Part shown: positions 12,817 to 26,182 of the stretch, piece by piece | Position numbering within the stretch: the stretch's first letter is position 1 | Layout: the number at the start of each line of letters is the position of its first letter | Assembly: GCF_006345805.1 (NCBI RefSeq) | Contig: NC_043005.1 | Span: forward strand, 3,162,001-3,226,000 | DNA: 64,000 bases | Direction of reading: 5' to 3' | Source of the DNA: Octopus sinensis | Lineage: Eukaryota | Notes under the pieces: generated by a model | Database searches by the model: none | What the model was told of the DNA's origin: nothing | Seen by the model: the letters and a program-made list of their open reading frames with translations, nothing else | Translations under genes and position numbers: made by a program

Positions 12817-12990
12817 TCTACTCTAGGCATAGCGCCTTGAAAATTTTTGGGGAAAGGGGGAGGGTCGATATTATCGAGCCCAGTGCATAACTGGTACTTA
12901 ATTTGTCGACCTCGAAAGGGTGAAAGGCAAAGTCGCACTCGGCGGTATTTGAACTCAGAACATAAAAACTGGCGAAATATCGCTAAGCAT
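12817..12990 (-). mobile_element. SINE family A (left member of an inverted pair)
   Basis: Family A sequence, head truncated, tail in (TAT)n. Confidence 0.8.
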
Positions 12991-12994
12991 TATC

Positions 12995-13210
12995 ATGGCT
13001 GCGAACTGGCAGAAGCGTTACCACGCCGGGAAAATGGCTAAGCGTTATTTCATCAGTCTTTGTGTTCTGAGTTCAAATTCCACCGAGGTCGACTTTGCTT
13101 TTTATCCTTTCGGGATTGGTAAAATAAATACCAGCTGAATACTGGGGCTCGGTGTAATCGATTTACCCTTTCCCCGAACTTGCTGGGCCCTGTGCCACGA
13201 TCTGAAGAAT
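12995..13210 (+). mobile_element. SINE family A (right member of an inverted pair)
   Basis: CTGGCAGAAGCGTTA head, GAGTTCAAATTCC B-box. Confidence 0.8.
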
Positions 13211-13247
13211 CGTCACATTTTATCCCTCAGTTACGGGTAGTGCTTAT

Positions 13248-13480
13248 ACCATTTGTCAGCAGTTTTGATTTTATATTGCCGACATGTTAACCAGTCTAGA
13301 TATTGACCAACTCTGTCATGTCTTGATTTCTACTCTATAGGTGCTGAAACTTTGCATCCAGAGATTAGGTGGTCCGCTGTTTCAATCTCATCGTTGCTGT
13401 ATCCGGCACTTTGGGTCTACACCATTTCTCATCACATTGGATTGGTAGTTCCGAGTCAATAAGCTTTGGTTTTGAACTGC

Positions 13481-13483
<3 letters not shown>
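13248..13483 (-). pseudogene. R4/Dong-like LINE fragment (zinc-knuckle region)
   Basis: LAVQNQSLLTRNYQSNVMRNGVDPKCRI homologous to IAAQDQSL.TRNYQKHVMK..CRIC. Confidence 0.75.
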
Positions 13484-13809
<326 letters not shown>

Positions 13810-13811
13810 GA

Positions 13812-13985
13812 TATCCTTTCATCCTTTTGGGGTCGATAAGCTATACATAGTGGTCCCTGAAAATATACACAACTCCTGGTATTTAAAACCCTAACCCTAA
13901 CCAGTTGAACATTGGGGTCGATGTAATCAGCTAGTCTCCTCCCCGCAAATTCCAGGCCTTGTGCCTTTAGCAAAAAGGATTATTA
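13812..13985 (+). mobile_element. SINE family A 3' part with a ~60-bp insertion
   Basis: TTTCATCCTTTTGGGGTCGAT...GGCCTTGTGCC..AGGATTATT. Confidence 0.7.
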
Positions 13986-14789
13986 TTATTAATGAACGAA
14001 GCTCGAATTAAATTTTAGATTTTGGATTGATTTTTTTCCTTGGTTGTTTTTCATGATCTAAGATCTCATTGAAAACAACTCATTAATCAAGATAAGCAAG
14101 TTTGTTCCAGTGTATATCTATACTTGACCTCATACCCTCACCCCACCCCATCCACCCCGTCACATCGGAAATTTCCTCACATTTTGGTAAACAAGTCATA
14201 CGACCATTCTTCTTTCTATCGATTTTCTTCATCCGCTCCATCTTCGACTCGTGTTTATTTGCCGTCGAAACGGTATTTCGGAGAGGCTCTTTTATCTCTT
14301 ATCGTTTAGCAAATAAAATGAAAAGACGGAAAAATAAAACAACAACAACAACAACAACAGCAGCAGCAGCAGCAGCAGCAATAACACGGCAAATAGGCAG
14401 CCACCCTCTAAATCTCTTTTTGGCAATATTGTTTTCGTTACTTTTAACTGAAATAAATGACTGAAAGAAAGAAAGAAAGAAAGAAAGAAAAAAATAATGA
14501 AAGAAAAAGAACAAAAGGAAGAGAGAGCGAAAACATAAAAGCAATAATCAGTCCGAAACCAATAATTGGATATCATCGAAAAATAATGTAGTTTAAATCG
14601 GGAACAAGTTGCTTTCATTTCATCGCTTTGAACCTAAGATCTTTTGGACAAAAACGATGGCGAATTTGATGTGTCTGGGAAAATGGACTGGGTTCCAAAG
14701 AGAGCGACTCTGAAATATAAACAATTCCATAGAAATTATCTCTAACTGATCGCGAGGTCGAGTCACTTATAATGTAACTTGTTATATAA

Positions 14790-15337
<548 letters not shown>

Positions 15338-15596
15338 TAAGATTAGTTAAATTAGGTGATCAAATTGAGGCACCCCATTAGGTCGGAAAAATATACACAC
15401 ACAACAATATTATGTAAATATTAAAGTTGGAACATAAGAACCGGCCGAATGACATTCTTGCAGTATATGTAGACAATTAGACCCAACTGATTGAAGAAAT
15501 CCGCTCTTCAACTATTCAGACATTATACATTCTATTAAATATACTGTCCATAATATTTACGAAGGGCAGATTCCGAGACAGGTAAATAAAATATAA

Positions 15597-16208
15597 ATGA
15601 GTAACGGTAGAGGTACAGGTGTCATGCCAATACGGCCGTTTCTAGCGATTCCTTTAATTGATTAATGAAAATATTAATTTTTTTAGCTCCTAAGTTAATC
15701 TTAAAGAAGTCGGTACCATTTGTTACTTTGTACTTCGCGTTAATTTCTTTGAGAATTAGCCATCTATAATTACTGTAGTCTAATCTATATAAGTTCCCCC
15801 ACTTATCCGCCGGCAAAGTAATCCTGATTTATTCCTTAATGACTTAATAAAGTCTCATATTTTCCTCCGGTTCCTCCTAAGTGGGTGTTCCTTAAAGTTG
15901 ACACTAGAAATTAGTTCGAATATGTCCTCATCAAAATTTTCTAGTCGTGGGTTAAGCGGAGGTTTTTTTGCTGCATTTTAATGTCTTAGTGTAATAATTC
16001 TTATCATTAGTTTCTTGGATACTAGTCTTCATCTTAGTTTCATGAAGGTATGCACTCTACCTCATTCATAATCGCAACGAGTTTGTTACCAACCGCCTTA
16101 AGATTAACTCGGAAGCTAAAAAAATTAATGCTTTCACATTAATCAAATTAAAAGAGTCGTTAGAAACGGCCGTAATGGATTGACACCTGTAACTGTACTG
16201 TTACTCAT
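15597..16208. mobile_element. Foldback/MITE element with ~120-bp imperfect TIRs
   Basis: 15597-~15718 is the reverse complement of ~16084-16208 (ATGAGTAAC...CAGGTGTCA...TACGGCCGTTTCTA...AGTTAATCTTAA); TA-rich flanks. Confidence 0.8.
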
Positions 16209-16330
16209 ATATATATATATATACATACATATATATATATATAGTTCAAATTTGCAGAAAACAACAGACGAAAATAAGTGTAGGAACAACCGGCAGGTGT
16301 GTTAGTTAATGGTCGGGAAGAATGGAAAAG

Positions 16331-16368
16331 TCTTTGACGTTTCGAGCCTACGCTCTTTGACGGAAAGG
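16331..16368 (-). ncRNA. Degenerate minimal hammerhead motif (GAGC/GCTC family)
   Basis: CTTT-CCGTCAA-A-GAGC-GTAG-GCTC-GAAAC-GTC-AAAG; three core deviations. Confidence 0.45.
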
Positions 16369-16436
16369 ATTAAGAGAAAAAAAGAGAGAGAGAAAAAATG
16401 TGTAAGGATTTCCGGTTCAACATGATGAAAATAATT

Positions 16437-16470
<34 letters not shown>

Positions 16471-16645
16471 TGTATGTATGTATGTATGTATGTATGTATG
16501 TATGTGTGTGTGTGGGAAAGAGAGTGAAAGAGACAGAGAGAAACAGAGAGAAAGAGTGAGAGAGAGAGAGAGACAGACAGGCAGACAAACAGAGAATGAG
16601 CGCACGCGTGTGATAAATACAAGTTTATAGCATTTGTTTCCTCCG

Positions 16646-16862
16646 TGGTGGCGAGCGGGCAGAATCGTCATCACGCCGGTGTAAATGCTCAGCGCTATTT
16701 CGTCCGTTTTTCCGTTCTGAATTGAAATTCCGCCGAGGTCGACGTTGCCTTTTATCATTTCGCGGTCTATAAAATAAGTACCAGTTGCGTATTGGGGTCG
16801 ATGTTATCGACTATCCCCCCCCACCAAATTTCAGGCCTTGTGCCTATAGTAGAAATGATTAT
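16646..16862 (+). mobile_element. SINE family A monomer
   Basis: Family A head, body and tail. Confidence 0.85.
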
Positions 16863-17094
16863 CAGTATTAATAAACAATTGAATTCTACTCCATACAACT
16901 TAAAGTTTCGTAGGTTCTTCATAGGAACCTAGTTTATCAGGCCTGATCAGCTAAGTTCCTGTGACTATCTTAAGAAACTTTAAGTGAATGGAGCCGAATT
17001 AAACTGTTTTGAATTTATGATAAATGTAATCCTACCGAATGTGTAGGGTGCTTCTTTCATTTGTTCGCCCATTTTTTAATTATCATAAATCTTC

Positions 17095-17625
17095 CAATGA
17101 AGAGGGTGTCGGTTTCCGACAAAGATACAAGGCTCCATCTTTGAGATGTAGCTAACACGGACAAATTCGCATTTGGAACTTGTGAAAAGTCTTGCACATT
17201 TTTACTGTTCCACTCACAGATTGCACTTGTAATGTACGAATTGGCCAGTCGATTTCTCTTTCTGAAAATCCTAGTTAATCCAGATTCTCGTTTCAGTATT
17301 TACTAACAAAACCTAGTACTCCAAGTATTATTGGTATGAATATGAATTCATAATCTGGATATAGAAGCTGGCGGTTTCGAAGCAGTTGTTCAGAGATATC
17401 CTCATTTTTCTTTCATTTTCAAAGAGATATTTATATCTGCATGGCAGCTGACCTCTATGATGGTACATATCTTTGTCCTTCTGTCCCAAACAACAATATT
17501 CGGCCTGTTATGTTTACATTTGACAGTAATTTTGATGGGAATATTCCACCAGTATTCCTTGAGGATTTTCTAAGTTTATTTCAGGACAGTTCCTATGCCT
17601 TTAGGCTTTCACTTCATACACGCCA
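17095..17625 (-). pseudogene. RLE-LINE 3' end, second lineage
   Basis: WWNIPIKITVKCKHNRPNIVVWDRRTKICTIIEVSCHADINI...LYPDYEFIFIPIILG...TVKMCKTF; homologous to 42432-42900. Confidence 0.8.
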
Positions 17626-17636
17626 GCTCAATTAGG

Positions 17637-17970
17637 TTCGTTCTCAGTCGAAGGACACCTGTTGTTATTTATTGATGTTTGTATTTGTAATTGTGAACCA
17701 TGTTCTCGTTTTTTTTGTTTGCTTTTTTTTGTCTTTGTGGCTGTACACATTCTCCAGCTTTCTTACAAAGGGGTCTAATGCTCTTAGCTTAGACTTTTTG
17801 GGGGGCAACCAGATCGAACCATATCAAGTGTAATTGCCCGAAATGGTCGTGACTTCTAAAACTTGACTGAGGAAAGAAAGCTACGAATGATCCGTCTTGG
17901 TTTCTCTTGTCCGCCTTTGTATCGTCTATTTGTCCGAATATTTTAATGTCCTCTATTGCGTTTTTGTTCC
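17637..17970. repeat. Dispersed repeat family C, copy 2
   Basis: Homologous to 5340-5685. Confidence 0.8.
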
Positions 17971-17991
17971 ATATATATATATATATAGATA

Positions 17992-18090
<99 letters not shown>

Positions 18091-18293
18091 GTGTGTGTGT
18101 GTGTGTATGTATGTATATTTCTTACTGTCCAGCGTCCTTGTTTTTAAATATATATATAATGCATAAACAGAGCCTGAAAGATGGCTTTAGGATGCATTAG
18201 ATATTCTATAAATATGCTTGTTCAAGTATCATGATACTTTTAGTAGCTCTTTTTGTTGTGAATCTAATTTGATCTAATGGTTTATATTCATAT

Positions 18294-18329
<36 letters not shown>

Positions 18330-18361
18330 ATACACACACACACTCTCTCTCTCACACACAC

Positions 18362-19258
18362 AGTTATATTTATAAAAGAGGGATTCTGTCCGTTTGTTTG
18401 TCCGTTTGTTTGTTCACCAAAATGGAACTAAATGGTTCAAAGGAAGATATTATACAATTGCCTAATTTTTACACTCAGTCCAATATGTAATTCAACTGAT
18501 TCCGTCGATGATTTGGTGGATGAAATCTTTCCTAATCCTCTTCATAATTACAACAATACAGAATGGATCTGTGAGTGATCTGTCCTGGCTCCAAAAACTG
18601 TTGCTGTAAATAGCTTTAATAATATGCTATTGAATAAACTTTCAGAAGTATTCACTTATGACTCAATTGTCATTGTTGTTGATGATTAGGATATATTGTT
18701 AACTAACCCATCGAATTTTTGAACTCACCAGAACCACTAGGTACAGCTCTGCATTGTCTTCACCTGACAAAAAGGGACTCCTATTATGCTATTTCATAAT
18801 TTGTCTCAACCAAAATTATGCAGTGGTACAACACTAATTGTGCAGAAACCTATGAGGAACTGCACTGAGGCAAATAGTCTCACTGGTTGTGGTAGAGGTG
18901 AGCCATCTTCATTCCTCGCATACCAGTTATATCATCTAATGTCCTATTCCAATTTGAGGGGTTACAGTTTCTTATCCCACTTTCATGTATTAATAAAAGT
19001 CAGGGCCAAATACTAAAAGTTGCTGGATTGCAACTTGAACAACCATGCTTTTCACGTGGCCAGCTTTATGTAGGAGCATCACATGTGGGAGCAAATGCAA
19101 ATATTTTAGCTTATGCACTCCGAAATAAAACAGGAATCATTGTCTGTAAAGAAATATTTACTCTTAATGAAACATGACTGCTTCAATACCTTAATTAACT
19201 ATTACTATATCATTACGTTCAAGAATGAAGAAATTACCTATTTAAATGAAATGTATTA

Positions 19259-19322
<64 letters not shown>

Positions 19323-19506
19323 CATCATCATATAATAAACAAACACAAATTCATGTGTGAAATTGATTCTTTTCTACTTCAATTATTACATATTTTTCTC
19401 TGATGAAAATACACACATACTGGAGAAGGAAATTATAATATCTTGAACGTGGCTCCCGAGAAACAGTAAAAGTAATTACCCGATCAACGACGGGTATTAC
19501 TGCATG
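18362..19506 (+). mobile_element. Helitron relic with PIF1-like helicase C-terminus
   Basis: LAPKTVAVN, PIEFLNS, GTPIML.HNL..PKLCSGT, FIPRIP, INKSQGQ.LKVAG, PCFSRGQLYVGAS; 3' hairpin GTAATTACCCG/CGGGTATTAC at 19472-19500 followed by a degenerate CTAG. Confidence 0.85.
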
Positions 19507-20033
19507 TAATATATATGTGTGTATGTATATATCTAATGTGTGTGTGAGTGATTAAAACTTAGTACGGCAGTACTTTAAGCATTGATCTTCTTGACGCCTC
19601 GTATCCAGAAAACATTTTTACTTTACAACCAATGGCTAATTCACAACTTCAACAAAACATAAGTTGGTGTTTCCGGGTCCGTGAGTTCAAATACAGGGAA
19701 AGAACTTTCCTTACTAAATATCCCGATTATTTCAATCCAAATCTGCCAACATCTGATCTGGGGTTTTTATTTTTATTTATTTTTTGGTGCTGATATGTGT
19801 TTGCAATATATAAACGGTTGATTTCGCTGCTGTTGGTAATGGCAGATGGCGAAGTTGCGAAGGAGAATGATGAACGCGAGAAGAGCATGAATAAACCATG
19901 AGTTTAAATTCAGAAATTTACGTCCTGCTGTTTGTGAGATATGTCATGCATGGAGGCTGAGAGGCTGAAGATCTGCCGTTAGTGTAGAAAGATGTATGTT
20001 TATTAAGCTTTAAGAGAAAAGCAAAGAAAAAAG

Positions 20034-20125
<92 letters not shown>

Positions 20126-20860
20126 GACAGACACACACGCACACAGACACAAACACACGGGTGTGTGTGTATACATCATACATACATATATGTACACATA
20201 TACACACACACGGATATATATTTATGAGATAGTAAGTGTGAGAGAGGGAGAGAGAGAAATAAGGGGTGAGAGAAAGAAAAAGAATGAAAGAGAGAGAGGG
20301 AGAGAGAGAGAGAGAGGTGGAGAGAAAAGGAGAAAGAAAGAGAGAAAGAAAGGAAGAGATTTCGAGGAAGGTAAAAAGAAAGGCAAGAGAGCAAAGATGT
20401 CAATGGCGAGGAGAATGTTTGACAGAGGAAAGAGAAATTAAAAATAAATATGAAAGGCAAAAGAAACAAATACACAGAATAATAAATAAGAAATAATAAA
20501 AACAAAGGGTGTGGATTTATTGATTAAGAAAACATCTCATGGTGAATGTTAATATCGTTTCTGATGATCTTCCACGGTTGAACTCTGCTAGAATAATACA
20601 TGATTTGCGTTAAGAATATCTGAGGTGCTGTTTTTTGTGTTACTGGAATCGTCTTCACCATTTCTACAGTTACAGCACCACTTCACACCCGAACCCGACA
20701 CTACACCACTCACCCGGATTTTCCAGTTCTTAATGTTTGGTATTTCAAATAAAAGAACAAGAAATATCTTTTGCGATTTTGTAATCTTTATTGTGCCTTT
20801 GGACACCACCAAATGTTATATTTCCACAATTAATATTCCTCATAAACATTTAATACATAA

Positions 20861-20916
20861 TCGTTAGTTCAACAAAATATATTTTGTTTCGCCTATGGCT
20901 CTTCGGCAACTAATGA
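20861..20916 (-). ncRNA. Type I hammerhead motif, near-intact (U4C)
   Basis: CCGAAGA, stem II GCC-ATA-GGC, GAAA, stem III ACAAAA-TATA-TTTTGT, GTT triplet, stem I TTAGTT/AACTAA with a G.G at the first position. Confidence 0.65.
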
Positions 20917-21083
20917 TTATAGATTAAATATTTTTTATTCACTCTCTGGCTTATTTTTGAGGTCTTTATTCTAAGTGACTTTGAACGTGTCACCACCAGC
21001 TGGAATATAATGTTACTTTTATATGTTGTATTAGCATGTTCCGGCAGTATGGCAGTATGGCAGTATGTCGGTGGCTATATTCC

Positions 21084-21149
<66 letters not shown>

Positions 21150-21373
21150 TATTCCGTATGTGTGTGTGTGTGTGATATTCCGTATGTGTGTATGTGTGTG
21201 TGTGTTTGAGATAAATCACTTGGTTGAGGTACGCGTCTTTTGTTTTCATTAAGAATAACTAACAACGTCTACAACAACAACAACAACAACAGCATCTGAC
21301 GTGTCCTTCCTAAAAGGACAATAAATGGAAAGAACCTGTGGAACATCACTACCACCAAACCACCACCACCACC

Positions 21374-21405
<32 letters not shown>

Positions 21406-21748
21406 CAACGACAACAACGAAAACTTTCAGCATAAAACATCAATTCTAGTGACGTTTCCGCTATGATAGATGGAAGTGCAGTTTTCTCATAATTTTCTTC
21501 GAAGCTATTTACACGTCTACTTGAATAAAATTAATTAAAAGAACCTTTCCAACAGAATTCCTTCCTCCCCACCCCCACCCCAATCGCCATCACCAACAAC
21601 AAAAATAACAACAACGACACCGAGTCAATGTCGTTAACGATTCTACTATCCGTCGCTTTAATAGGAACCTTTAGACACGCTGGAGTTTTATGCTCCCCAA
21701 TGGGGGAAACGATAAAACATTCAGACACCGTATCTATCTATCTATCTA

Positions 21749-21820
<72 letters not shown>

Positions 21821-21886
21821 TTATCTATCTATCTGTCTATCTATATATCTGTGTGCGTGTGTATGTGTGTGTACGTTTGTATGTTC

Positions 21887-21921
<35 letters not shown>

Positions 21922-21936
21922 CATACATACATACAT

Positions 21937-21997
<61 letters not shown>

Positions 21998-22094
21998 ATA
22001 TTTTTATAATAATAAGGGAATATCAATTCCGGCGTCACAGGGATGAGATATTCAAGTTAAGAATATTAAATTGAATAATTCTCAATAAATAAAT

Positions 22095-22705
22095 ATATAT
22101 ATATGAAAGTATCAATTAGAGACAGGAATCCCCATAAAATTCAACAAATCAGAATACAAATTCAACCATGTCATAGAATATTATATTTAATACTTACTAT
22201 TCGTGTTCAAAGTTTTCAACTACACGTGTTTCGTGAGGTTGTATGCTATGTTCCTGAGACACGCAGTCTCTTACAGAACCTCCCTTTATATACAACCCCA
22301 ATCTTCAGGTCCACCTATCCCCTGTTTATAACTTTATCTATCATTATATATTCCAACTTAAAAGTATATCAAACTAAACAGATGTATAAATAAATTCCTA
22401 GTATGTCAAAGCATATATTTTTCATATCTTTTCATATCTTCATTCGTATTTTACGCGTAACATTCACCGGAATTTTTGTCATTCGTATTAGTATCTATTA
22501 GTCTCTTAATCATCCTCTTCATTAGGATATATATATCTCTTATAATGCTATATTTTATTTTCATTAGTATATATTTTTTCCGCATTCGTATATATTTTTC
22601 ATTTTTCATTTATATACAGGGTATCCCAGAAGTCGCGTACCATCCTATATTCTATGACATGGTTGAATTTGTATTCTGTTCTAATTAATACTTTGATTAT
22701 ATATA
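22095..22705. repeat. Inverted repeats (32-bp perfect core) bracketing a hammerhead-bearing segment
   Basis: 22150-22181 is the exact reverse complement of 22647-22678; imperfect extension out to the TA tracts. Confidence 0.85.
22215..22314 (-). ncRNA. Type I hammerhead ribozyme motif, intact core
   Basis: CTGAAGA (22308-22302); 11-bp stem II TGGGGTTGTAT/ATACAACCTCA; GAAA; palindromic stem III ACACGTGT; GTA triplet; stem I only 3 contiguous bp. Confidence 0.7.
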
Positions 22706-22729
22706 TATAATATATAATATATATATATC

Positions 22730-22839
<110 letters not shown>

Positions 22840-23169
22840 ATATCATATATATGAAGAGAGAAGTATGGAAAGCAATAGCACCAAATAACATAAACCTGCT
22901 CAGTGTACCATATGATGAAATGGCTAACCAAAGAGGAAATTCTTTTTTACTAAAAATTATCTAGAAAATATGAAGACCGACTTAAGCCGGGAGATCCAAC
23001 GAGCTACCCGCAGCCGCATTTGCAAAACTTAAGGAACACACACTTACCGCCAGCTAGAACACCATTCCACATACACACAGCTCCGTTCGAAAATTCTACC
23101 CTCATAGCTACCTCCGAACAACATAAAACAAAAGACTAAGCACTTAGAACAGTACAAACAACAAACTAC

Positions 23170-26100
23170 CCTCGCTTTGTCGTTCCTTCTAAATGTACAT
23201 GGCATCAACCCATCACTCACTGTCCCCAAATGGAAGATTCCTTACATAGAGGGTTGGCTTGCCGAAACGGCACACCACATCCCTTTCTTTATCCTTACAG
23301 AAATTTACCTGAACAACACTCACATGGAGGCCGGGGTGAAAATAAACAATTTCACCATCATCCGTGCAGATCGCACAGACCAAAATAAAGGAAGAACAGT
23401 CATTTTTCTCCTTGACTCCTTTGCAGTTGATGCCAAGGACATATTTTCCAATGGCTACTTTGAATCCATACCATTATTCAACAAAGCTAATGACATAACC
23501 ATTGTTGGTCTCTACAGGCTTCCTCAAGCACCTCTAAAGTGCTTTGAAGAATGCCTCAACAAAATCAAGCTCTTCCTTCAAAAATACACCTCCAGAAACA
23601 TACCGGTGATTGGTGATTTTAGCCTCCCTAATGCAAACAGGCCAACAAATACTCTGAAGTAAGGCAGCTGCACTCCACCAGATAAACCAGCAGCAGAATT
23701 ACTCTTTAATCTAATGGATGAATTTTTCCTGGTACAACTAGTGCTCGAACCAACAAGACAGAATAAAACGATCCTGAATCTGATATTAACAAACCACTCC
23801 AGCTCAACCGTTGCATTTCAGTTGAATAGACTCTCCTCTCGAACTACGACATGATACTCTGTAGCTTTAATTTCTGGCATACTAAAACCAAACCATCCAG
23901 CCCAACTTCACTGCACTTATTTGACAACATAAACTTGCACAAAGCGAAATGGGCAACAATCAGAAAGGATCTGCCCCTTATCGACTGATCCTTCACTCTC
24001 AGTTCCACTGAAATTGAAACCACATAGCAGCGCTTTGAGAACATTGTCACCTATACATGCTCAAAACACGCTCCTACGAAATTCACAAGACGAACAGAGA
24101 GAAAAGAAAAATACTCATCAGGAGTATCAAACGACTTAATAAAAAAAATCAACCAATTGAAATACTCCCACAAACAGCATCCACATTCAATAACAATGAA
24201 AAGGCTGGAGTTGGAAAAACAGCATCTGCAGACCAGCGTGAAAACCTGCACTGAAAATCAAAGAGCTGCAGAGGAACAGTGGGTAATCAAAAATATCAAG
24301 CAGAACCCAAAAGCGTTCTATTCATATGCAAGTAAGTATAGGACCGCTGTCTCACCATTTGGTCTACTGACTGATGATAACAGCATTCTCCAATATGATG
24401 CCAAAGAAATGGCAGAAGTACTGCAGAAACAATATTACTCTGTCTTTAGTGATCCCACTGATATTGACGCAAGAGATGTGAACGAAGTCGACACTCAACA
24501 TAATCTCGGACATAACTTTTGCTGCTTCAGACATCATAACAGTAATAAATGAGATCAAGCACTGTAGGCTCTGATAGATTCCCCGCTAGTGTCCTGATGG
24601 AGTGTAGACACCAACTTGCGGTTCCTCTAACCAACCCCTGGAGAAATTCTTTAGACTCAGGTTATATACCGAAACAGCTCCTATCCCAGTCTCTCAACCC
24701 GGTCTTCAAACAAGGCAACAAGTCCCTCGCAGTCATCTGTTTCCCAATCTTTCTCACCTCCCATATCGTCAAAGTGTTTGAAATAGTAGTAAAGCCAAAG
24801 ATAGCTGCTGGCTTCCTGGAGAGCCACAATCTTCTAAATTTCAACCAGTGTGGCTTTTGCTGCGACAAGGATTGTCTAATGCAGCTCTTACACTACGTCG
24901 ATGATATCCTTAAAGCCTTGGAATCAGGTTCGCACTCTGATGTCACATATCTTGATTTCAGCAAAGCATTCGACAGAGTCGATCACAGTATCCTACTATA
25001 AAAATTGTCAAATGTTGGAATCCGTGGGAAACTACTACACTGGATTGTGTATTTCCCGGAGAACAGAACACAACATGTGATCGGTAGAATCCACTGAAGC
25101 CCAGCAAAAGTCACCAGTAGTATCCCGCAGGGGGCTGTCTTGGGTCCACTTCTGTTTATAGTCTATATAAACGACATTTCAAGCGTCATCAAACACAGCA
25201 AATTGAAAATATATTCGCTGATGACATCTAAGCTCCAGAAAACTATCAACGGAGACGAAGACCGAACTGAACTCCAATCGGATCTCCATGCTGTGAGTCA
25301 ATGGGCAGACAAAAACAAAATGCAACTAAACGAGAGAAAATTTGAGCTGATGCATTTTGGAAGAAAGACTCTGCTAAAACAACCATACTCTCTTTCTTCA
25401 AGGGAACCACTTACAACATCTAATATCAGAGATGTAGGAGTAATTGTTGATAAAAATCTTGGAGTACCAACATCATCAATAAAGTCGATACAGCTCGTGA
25501 GACGAGCTCCTGGATCCTTGATAGTTTTCTGGAGCTTAGATGTCATCGGCGAATATATTTTCAATTTGCTGTGTTTGATGACGCTTGAAATGTCGTTTAT
25601 ATAGACTATAAACAGAAGTGGACCCAAGACAGCCCCCTGCGGGATACTACTGGTGACTTTTGCTGGGCTTCAGTGGATTCTACCGATCACATGTTGTGTT
25701 CTGTTCTCCAGGAAATACACAATCCAGTGTAGTAGTTTCCCACGGATTCCAACATTTGACAATTTTTATAGTAGGATACTGTGATCGACCTTCCGGCCCA
25801 GGGAACAGGGTGTCAATATTCCTATTTTCTGCTCCTTTGTACGACAACACCTAGAATACTGTTGCCCCCCTGTGGTCTCCTCACTCAAAACAAAACATTT
25901 CAGTTAGCCTCTAACTTCTGACCCCTGTGACATAGTCCATACCATCAAACTCATCACATAACATTCTACCCTCACTATTTCCCCCAGTATAATGGAAACA
26001 CAATTTAAACTGCAGCATGTGGAAATCTCTCCTGAGAGTGACTTTATTTATTTACCACTAGATGGAATACCATGGATTATAAAATCCCCTTAAAATGAAT

Positions 26101-26180
26101 TTCTTACCATTCCTTACTATTTCTATTACATTATTTTTATTTTATTTTATTTTACTCTACTCTATTATCTTAACTAACAT
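23170..26180 (+). mobile_element. CR1-like LINE (APE + RT), degenerate
   Basis: APE motifs LLNVHG, LTE, IIRADR, GLYR, VIGDF; RT motifs FKQG.K, LTSHIVKVFE, YLDFSKAFDRVDH, GAVLGPLLFIVYINDI, FVRQHLEYCCPLWSPH. Confidence 0.88.
24978..25789. repeat. 272-bp near-perfect inverted duplication inside the CR1-like LINE
   Basis: 24978-25249 versus reverse complement of 25518-25789; I see about 2 mismatches; 268-bp spacer. Confidence 0.92.
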
Positions 26181-26182
26181 TT

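Noticed and set aside
13885-13902. (CCCTAA)2 telomere-like repeat inside a SINE insertion
   Set aside because: Only two units; too short to distinguish from chance.
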